A DNA stretch of 64,000 bases, taken from positions 896,001 through 960,000 of the forward strand of contig CAXXMV010000008.1 in the NCBI GenBank assembly GCA_963662285.2, read 5' to 3'. The stretch comes from a bacterium. GTDB lineage: Bacteria; Hinthialibacterota; Hinthialibacteria; Hinthialibacterales; Hinthialibacteraceae. Below are positions 58,421-64,000 of this stretch, in pieces (within the stretch, counting starts at the first letter, position 1; every line of letters begins with the position of its first letter). The translations under genes and the position numbers were made by a program. The notes under the pieces are model-generated. The model saw nothing but the letters and a program-made list of their open reading frames with translations, was not told the DNA's origin and did not search any database.

Positions 58421-59230
58421 TTACTCGATGCGAATGAACACTGGCGCATCGAAACCTAGGCCGGTTATGTGTGAAGCGCTGCCGCCGTTGATAGCAATTT
58501 CCAGGCGGTCGTAACCATCAAAAACGGCAAGCATATCACCCGGTTTTTTAGTTCCGTAGGCTTGCGTAATGCCCTCAATGCAATAGTCATGAGACTGAAC
58601 AATGATCTTATCCTGGTTGATTTTGTTATCTTTAAGCCATTGTAGGAATGTTGGTTGATCCAGGTTGGTTATCAAATTACCAAAGCGGTCTATATGACAG
58701 ACGCGGCATTCAATGTAATTGCCTTCAACGATGGGCAGTTTAAAACTCATTTTGACAGGATCGCTAATTTCCTCACCCATTTCGTCGATGGCGACGCCAT
58801 TGGCAATATGGGCTGCCAGGGGTGCGAAAATATCCCGTCCGTGAAATGTATGGCTGATTTTATCCATCCAATAGCGCTGGTTAACAGCATGGATTATGCG
58901 AACCGGTTCCTGTCTTTCGAAGATTGGAGTTAATAATCCATTATCGGGCGCCACGAATATATGACCGCAAGTTTCGACGATCAGGATGCGCCGGTCAGTT
59001 CCAACGCCGGGATCGACCAGACAAAGATGAACCGATCCCACGGGGAAATAGCCAAAAGACCATTCGTTGAGAAAGGCTGCGGATCTTAGGGAGAAGGGCG
59101 GAATATCGTGAGTAACATCGATCATGCGACAGGAAGGCGCGATCTGAAGAATCACTCCCTTCATGACTCCTACGAAGCCGTCTACAACTCCAAAGTCCGT
59201 CATCAGAGTAATAACCGTTTGATTATTCAT
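58421..59230 (-). CDS. SAM hydroxide adenosyltransferase (DUF62; chlorinase/fluorinase family)
   Basis: TLMTDFG, VDPGVGTDRR, TFHGRDIFAP and IDRFGNLITN motifs. Confidence 0.9.
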   Translation of the reverse strand: MNNQTVITLMTDFGVVDGFVGVMKGVILQIAPSCRMIDVTHDIPPFSLRSAAFLNEWSFGYFPVGSVHLCLVDPGVGTDRRILIVETCGHIFVAPDNGLLTPIFERQEPVRIIHAVNQRYWMDKISHTFHGRDIFAPLAAHIANGVAIDEMGEEISDPVKMSFKLPIVEGNYIECRVCHIDRFGNLITNLDQPTFLQWLKDNKINQDKIIVQSHDYCIEGITQAYGTKKPGDMLAVFDGYDRLEIAINGGSASHITGLGFDAPVFIRIE

Positions 59231-59258
59231 GGCCGTTCCTTTCAAGAAATCCAAGAAT

Positions 59259-60476
59259 TCATGATTCATGATTTGATTCACGGTGGGAAGATTCGTGTTC
59301 TATAAGACGAAGGCTTTCTGCTGCAACAGGCAGTTTAATAGCGATCCGGGTGCCTTTGCCCGGCTGACTTTTAGCGGAAATGGTTCCCTCGTGTTCACGG
59401 ATTATCTGTTCAACGATCATTAGCCCCAGTCCCGTACCTTTGGCCTTGGTAGTGAAATATGGTTCGAAGATATGGGATAGATCATCTTCATCTATGCCTT
59501 TACCCGTATCAGAGAATATCAGATTCACATAATCATGTTCACATGCCATAGTGATTAAAATCCGGTCATGAATATCTGATCTTTCTTCATCGGTTTTATT
59601 GGCAATAGCGTCAATGGCATTATGAAGGATATTGATGATCGCCTGCTTAATCTGACCTTCGTCAGCTTCGATAAAAGGCCAATCGCCCTTTTCGTGTAAT
59701 GAAAGTTCTATATTGTTTTCGAGGAATTCAGGTTCCATTAAGGTTATCGAGTCGGTCACCAAAGGATACAGACGAACCAGGCGTTTTTGAGGACGCATGG
59801 GTTTAACCGCAGAAAGAAACGTTTCGATAACCCCATTGAGACGTTTTATTTCAGTGGAGAGGATATCAACCGTTTCGTTGGTTTCATCATCTTCGATGCC
59901 TTGCTTCTTTAATCCACGCTTCAAGAGTTGCAGATGAATGGAAAGCGAATTGAGTGGATTGCGGATTTCGTGTGACATCCCTGCGCTGAGCGTAGTCAGC
60001 GCGGCCAGTTTTTCCGCTTCGCGCAATTTCTTTTCCTGTTCGATCTGTTCGGTCATATCCATGAAAAGAAAAAGTGAGCCTATGCGCTGATGGCGGTTTT
60101 CCAGGGGAACCATATTTACAGAGAGAAACCGTTCCCCGGTTGATAGTTCCAAATGGAATTTGCGCATAAGGATAGGTTCAATACTTTGCATGCATTCCCG
60201 ACACAGATCCAACAGCACCGCAGAATCAATCAGCCGGTCCAAGGGTAAATCAGGAACGGTCGAACCGTCGCCCAGATCAAGAATATTACGTGCGGATTGG
60301 TTGATGTAAACCACATTCTCTTCCGCATCGATTACGATCATCCCCTCGATCATGCTTTCGAAGATCAAAACCAGTTGATCGCGCTCCTGGGCGATTTCGC
60401 GCATAAAATCGACGATCTGTTCTTTATCGATCTTCTCCGCACGATCCAATATGCGTTTCAGAAAACCATGCTTCAT
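59259..60476 (-). CDS. Cytoplasmic PAS sensor histidine kinase (NtrB-like)
   Basis: SHEIRNPL, NAIDA, DTGKGI and GTGLGL motifs. Confidence 0.92.
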   Translation of the reverse strand: MKHGFLKRILDRAEKIDKEQIVDFMREIAQERDQLVLIFESMIEGMIVIDAEENVVYINQSARNILDLGDGSTVPDLPLDRLIDSAVLLDLCRECMQSIEPILMRKFHLELSTGERFLSVNMVPLENRHQRIGSLFLFMDMTEQIEQEKKLREAEKLAALTTLSAGMSHEIRNPLNSLSIHLQLLKRGLKKQGIEDDETNETVDILSTEIKRLNGVIETFLSAVKPMRPQKRLVRLYPLVTDSITLMEPEFLENNIELSLHEKGDWPFIEADEGQIKQAIINILHNAIDAIANKTDEERSDIHDRILITMACEHDYVNLIFSDTGKGIDEDDLSHIFEPYFTTKAKGTGLGLMIVEQIIREHEGTISAKSQPGKGTRIAIKLPVAAESLRLIEHESSHRESNHES

Positions 60477-60622
60477 GATGAGACGAACCTTTCTATATAA
60501 AGCATAGATTGATAAAAGGAAGATGGAATGTCAATAAGCTATTGATATTTTATTGCAGATAAAATGCGCTGGAGATTCTCTTAATATTGAACTATGCGAA
60601 AAAGGATGAACGAATCTTGATC

Positions 60623-61786
60623 CTAATATGAATCAACATATCGTCCCAACTGTTCAATACGCTTTGAGAAAGTGTGGTTATCAGCCACCAACTGGGACGC
60701 ATGATCCGCCATATCCCTGCGCTCAGCGTCATGTTCAAGGTAGTACCGCACTCCTTGCTGCATGTCAGAGGGTTGGTCATATTCCGGCGGGAAAGGAAAC
60801 TGATCCATCTTATAAAGGTTCAAGGGATCATATTCATTCCAATCGACATCTGTACGATACCTTCTGGTAGACAGTTGAAATCCCCCCAGGCGCATGACCA
60901 GAAAATCACGGAACGAAGGCGCCACAAAACCTTGCAGGCTACGCAAGTTTATATTTATTTTGGTTGAAACGATTTGATCTGGATACTGAGTGAATGGATC
61001 GAGCCGCCCCTTAAAACATTGCTCCAACGGATTGCCGCGAATTTCTGACGCCCACAGGCGGTTGCCGTAGAATTTTAAACCTTCTGCAGCCAAGGCTTCT
61101 AAAAAGCGAAGCCGGTATAAACGGTTTGCTTCGGTATATAAGTAATAATGCATTTGTTGATAATATTTGACTCTTGAACCATCCGCCATCGGGTATTTAT
61201 TTAACAAGAACTCAAATTCCAAGTCAGGATTTTTAACTTTGAGATCGACAATTTTATACAGATAAGATTGAACCGACAGGGGAATCTTCTGCCGCGCCTC
61301 TCTATGGATATAAATAGAACCCACATAGGAAACGTTTGATGAATATTCATCCTGAGAATTACCACACACGCTATCAGGAGCGGCTACCGGCCAGAATATA
61401 ATTTTTTGAGCGCCTCGCTGGATTACGATTTCTCTGAAATATGGATTGGAGATTAAGACAATCTCATCTTTGCTGAATAATGAATTCCCCATAAGAAATG
61501 GATCATCAAACACAAGAGTAAAAAAATGGCAGGGTAATTCTTTCAGTTTAAGTTGATCAAGAAAAACGGAAGAAGGATGGTTGGCCAGGAAAATGGCATC
61601 CGGTTTGAATTCATTAATATCATCAATGATTTTCTTAACAGTCTGTGGGTCTTTTATGTCTAACAGAAATTCTCGAACTTCTTTGCCATTTATCCGCAGC
61701 CCGGCAACTACCGCTTTCATAGCCAGACGGGCGCCCATCGAACTGATATCATCCATCACCCAAATTTTCTTAATAGAATTCCACAT
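60623..61786 (-). CDS. CgeB-like (Glyco_trans_1_2) glycosyltransferase
   Basis: VFDDP, VSYVGS, STKININL and HTFSKRI motifs. Confidence 0.7.
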   Translation of the reverse strand: MWNSIKKIWVMDDISSMGARLAMKAVVAGLRINGKEVREFLLDIKDPQTVKKIIDDINEFKPDAIFLANHPSSVFLDQLKLKELPCHFFTLVFDDPFLMGNSLFSKDEIVLISNPYFREIVIQRGAQKIIFWPVAAPDSVCGNSQDEYSSNVSYVGSIYIHREARQKIPLSVQSYLYKIVDLKVKNPDLEFEFLLNKYPMADGSRVKYYQQMHYYLYTEANRLYRLRFLEALAAEGLKFYGNRLWASEIRGNPLEQCFKGRLDPFTQYPDQIVSTKININLRSLQGFVAPSFRDFLVMRLGGFQLSTRRYRTDVDWNEYDPLNLYKMDQFPFPPEYDQPSDMQQGVRYYLEHDAERRDMADHASQLVADNHTFSKRIEQLGRYVDSY

Positions 61787-61965
61787 TATTATAATCGATT
61801 CATTTGAGATTCAGGTCATGCAACATTACCTGATCAACGATAAGGCTTATCGAACAATAATATAACGAACACTCCTACAAATTTACATCCGGCGCAGGCT
61901 ACCATCAACCGCCCTATTCGAGTAATCTTTAGCGTATCCAATGCCTATTAAGGAATATCATTACT

Positions 61966-62928
61966 ATGTCAGAACAACTGAATGCCGTTGTATTTGGAGT
62001 TGGCGCTTTAGGACAGCATCACGCCAGAGTATACGCCAATCATGAGAAGACCCGCTTGGCGGCGGTTGTCGACTTAGATGAAAAATCGCGCACCGAGCAC
62101 GCTGATAAATGGGGCTGCCTCAGCGCCGCCTCTTTAGATGATATAAGCGAACGCATTGATCTGGCCAGCGTTGTGACGCCCACTGTCTCGCATTTCAAAA
62201 TCGCCGCTCAGTTAATCGAACGGGGCATCCCGGTGTTGATTGAGAAACCAATTACCCTGACTGTCGCTCAGGGTGAAGAGTTGATAAAATTAGCTGAAGA
62301 AAAAAATACCGCAATCCAGGTGGGTCATATAGAACGCTTTAATCCAGCGGTTTTGGCTTTAGGCGATTATCTGGATAAACCATTGTTTATTGAATCGCAC
62401 CGCTTAGGCCCCCCCACTCCCAGAGTGACAGACGTGGGAGTCATCCTGGACTTAATGATTCACGATCTTGATCTGATCCTGTCACTGGTTAAGAGCGATA
62501 TTAAATTCATAGACGCCGTCGGCGTGCCAATTCTGACGCCGCAAGAAGACATCGCCAACGCCCGGATCCGCTTCAACAGCGGCTGCGTAGCCAATGTAAC
62601 CGTCAGCCGCGTTACTCCTGAACGTCAGAGGAAAATACGCTTTTTCCAACGGGATACTTACATATCCATCGATTTCATGAAACCGGAAATTCAGATATAC
62701 CGAAAAGTGCAAGATGGCGGCGGCCCGATCAAGATTGAACATGAGACGCCGACTCTATCCAATAAAGAGCCATTGGTTTCAGAGATTGATGCATTTATTA
62801 ACAGCGTACAAACCGGATCAACGCCAGTTGTAACTGGCAGGGATGGAGTCCGGGCGCTTGATCTGGCCAGGGAAATCACCGACCAGGTGGATCTGGTATC
62901 CGATAAAGTATTCAATGGCGATATTTAA
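61966..62928 (+). CDS. Gfo/Idh/MocA oxidoreductase (UDP-sugar dehydrogenase, GnnA-like)
   Basis: GVGALGQHHAR, IEKPI, VGHIERFNP and DLMIHDLD motifs. Confidence 0.85.
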   Translation: MSEQLNAVVFGVGALGQHHARVYANHEKTRLAAVVDLDEKSRTEHADKWGCLSAASLDDISERIDLASVVTPTVSHFKIAAQLIERGIPVLIEKPITLTVAQGEELIKLAEEKNTAIQVGHIERFNPAVLALGDYLDKPLFIESHRLGPPTPRVTDVGVILDLMIHDLDLILSLVKSDIKFIDAVGVPILTPQEDIANARIRFNSGCVANVTVSRVTPERQRKIRFFQRDTYISIDFMKPEIQIYRKVQDGGGPIKIEHETPTLSNKEPLVSEIDAFINSVQTGSTPVVTGRDGVRALDLAREITDQVDLVSDKVFNGDI

Positions 62929-62974
62929 GTAAATTTCTAATATTGCAAATCAAAACTTCAAGGTGGAATTGCGA

Positions 62975-64000
62975 ATGCCTGACCAGGAATGGTATTCACT
63001 TGATATTTCTAAATCATTGCATTTTCAGAAAAACCTGCAATTGTTCCGTGAAAGTCAGCCGGAATTGGCGCTGGCAGTCGAATCCAGTATTGAAGGTTTA
63101 TGCGAATATCAGTTTAGCAAATTAGAAGAAGGACAATACATTTGCCGTAATGAAGCCCGCAATGAAATCTTTTACGAACCAGTAAATTTCCGCAGCAACT
63201 TACAAAGCAAACTGGACAGAATATTAAATTATTATCAAAGAGAATTGGAACTGGCTATCATAGCGGGAACCGGATTAGGATACCTTGCCTCGCATACCGA
63301 AGACGCCATACGCGGTAATCTGGCGCGGGGCATACTGCTGTTAGAGAATCGACCCGAATTGATAGCGGCGCAATTCACTCTGTTCGATTGCCAGACGCTA
63401 ATTGAATCAGAACAGGTTTTTTGGGCGATTGGCGACTGTATGACCTCAGCTTTAGAGAATTGTTTTAACAAACACCGGCTCGACTTGATTCCGTTTGATC
63501 GTATCGGTCCCATTCAGGAAAGGTGGTTCTCCGATCAAGAACGCTTAGCAATGCAACAAACCGGAGCATGGATCGCTGGAAATTGGAAAAAAACCAATGA
63601 ACGAATCAAACAACTGGAAATTAAATACAATACTTGCATCAAAAAACCATGTACTCTGGATGGCGGCTGCATCTGGGGATTCGCAACGCCCCAAGCCTAT
63701 GCTCATACGCCTCTGATCCGCACTTTTATGCAGGGATTTGAAGACCTGGGCTGGACCAAGAAACTGTTAGAGATGAAAGACAGTTTCGCAACCCGTTATT
63801 GCGTAGTCGAAAACCTGTTTGAAACATGTCCCGATCTATTTTTTATTTGCAATACCGCATCAAGTACTTTCTCATGCTTATCCGAAGATATAAATCGTCC
63901 ACGCATAACATGGATACTTGATCACCCCCGTTATTTCTCGTCGGTTCAAATGCAAGATTATTTATTCTCCAAAGATTTCGTCTTTTATATCGACCGTATG
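62975..64000 (+). CDS. Maf-like/glycosyltransferase-associated protein (runs off window end)
   Basis: Not in ORF track. MPDQEWY...FQKNLQLF...IIAGTGLGYL...LLENRPEL...RITWILDHPRY. Confidence 0.6.
   Translation, partial: MPDQEWYSLDISKSLHFQKNLQLFRESQPELALAVESSIEGLCEYQFSKLEEGQYICRNEARNEIFYEPVNFRSNLQSKLDRILNYYQRELELAIIAGTGLGYLASHTEDAIRGNLARGILLLENRPELIAAQFTLFDCQTLIESEQVFWAIGDCMTSALENCFNKHRLDLIPFDRIGPIQERWFSDQERLAMQQTGAWIAGNWKKTNERIKQLEIKYNTCIKKPCTLDGGCIWGFATPQAYAHTPLIRTFMQGFEDLGWTKKLLEMKDSFATRYCVVENLFETCPDLFFICNTASSTFSCLSEDINRPRITWILDHPRYFSSVQMQDYLFSKDFVFYIDRM

Noticed and set aside
58421-59230. True halogenase (fluorinase/chlorinase)
   Set aside because: It retains the DUF62 hydrolase-type motifs (GTDRR, TFHGRD) and has no secondary-metabolite context.

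Overview
Bacterial chromosomal segment of moderate GC. It is probably from an uncultured anaerobe of the Hinthialibacterota/Sumerlaeota/PVC type; this is inferred from the pseudopilin style and the many Tat-exported Gfo/Idh/MocA proteins. Main contents: (i) thrC, a MASE1 protein, TerC and a CPA2 antiporter. (ii) An 11-gene oxygen/ROS defence run on the minus strand: a small Cys protein, ahpC, a ferritin-like protein, desulfoferrodoxin, rubrerythrin, rubredoxin, a ZIP transporter, a DVU0298-like protein, ferritin and cydAB. It sits behind a sigma-54 promoter and palindromic enhancer-like sites, next to an unusual ArsC-PAS(Cys)-AAA+ sigma-54 activator. (iii) A glycan-degradation and periplasmic redox region: a GH29-like enzyme, three tandem Tat-exported TIM-barrel paralogs, Gfo/Idh/MocA proteins, a heptaheme cytochrome c, a cytochrome b-like protein, a signal-less ApbE, a sulfatase and an MFS transporter. 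(iv) pgi, glmM, blaI-blaR1-like genes, carD-clpX-clpP-tig, glycosyltransferases and a histidine kinase. Intergenic DNA is dense with at least five REP-like hairpin families, composite MITE/REPIN-like elements, two decayed RAYT fragments and tandem duplications anchored at the hairpin feet. No rRNA, tRNA or CRISPR array was seen. All calls come from reading motifs by eye; no searches were run.
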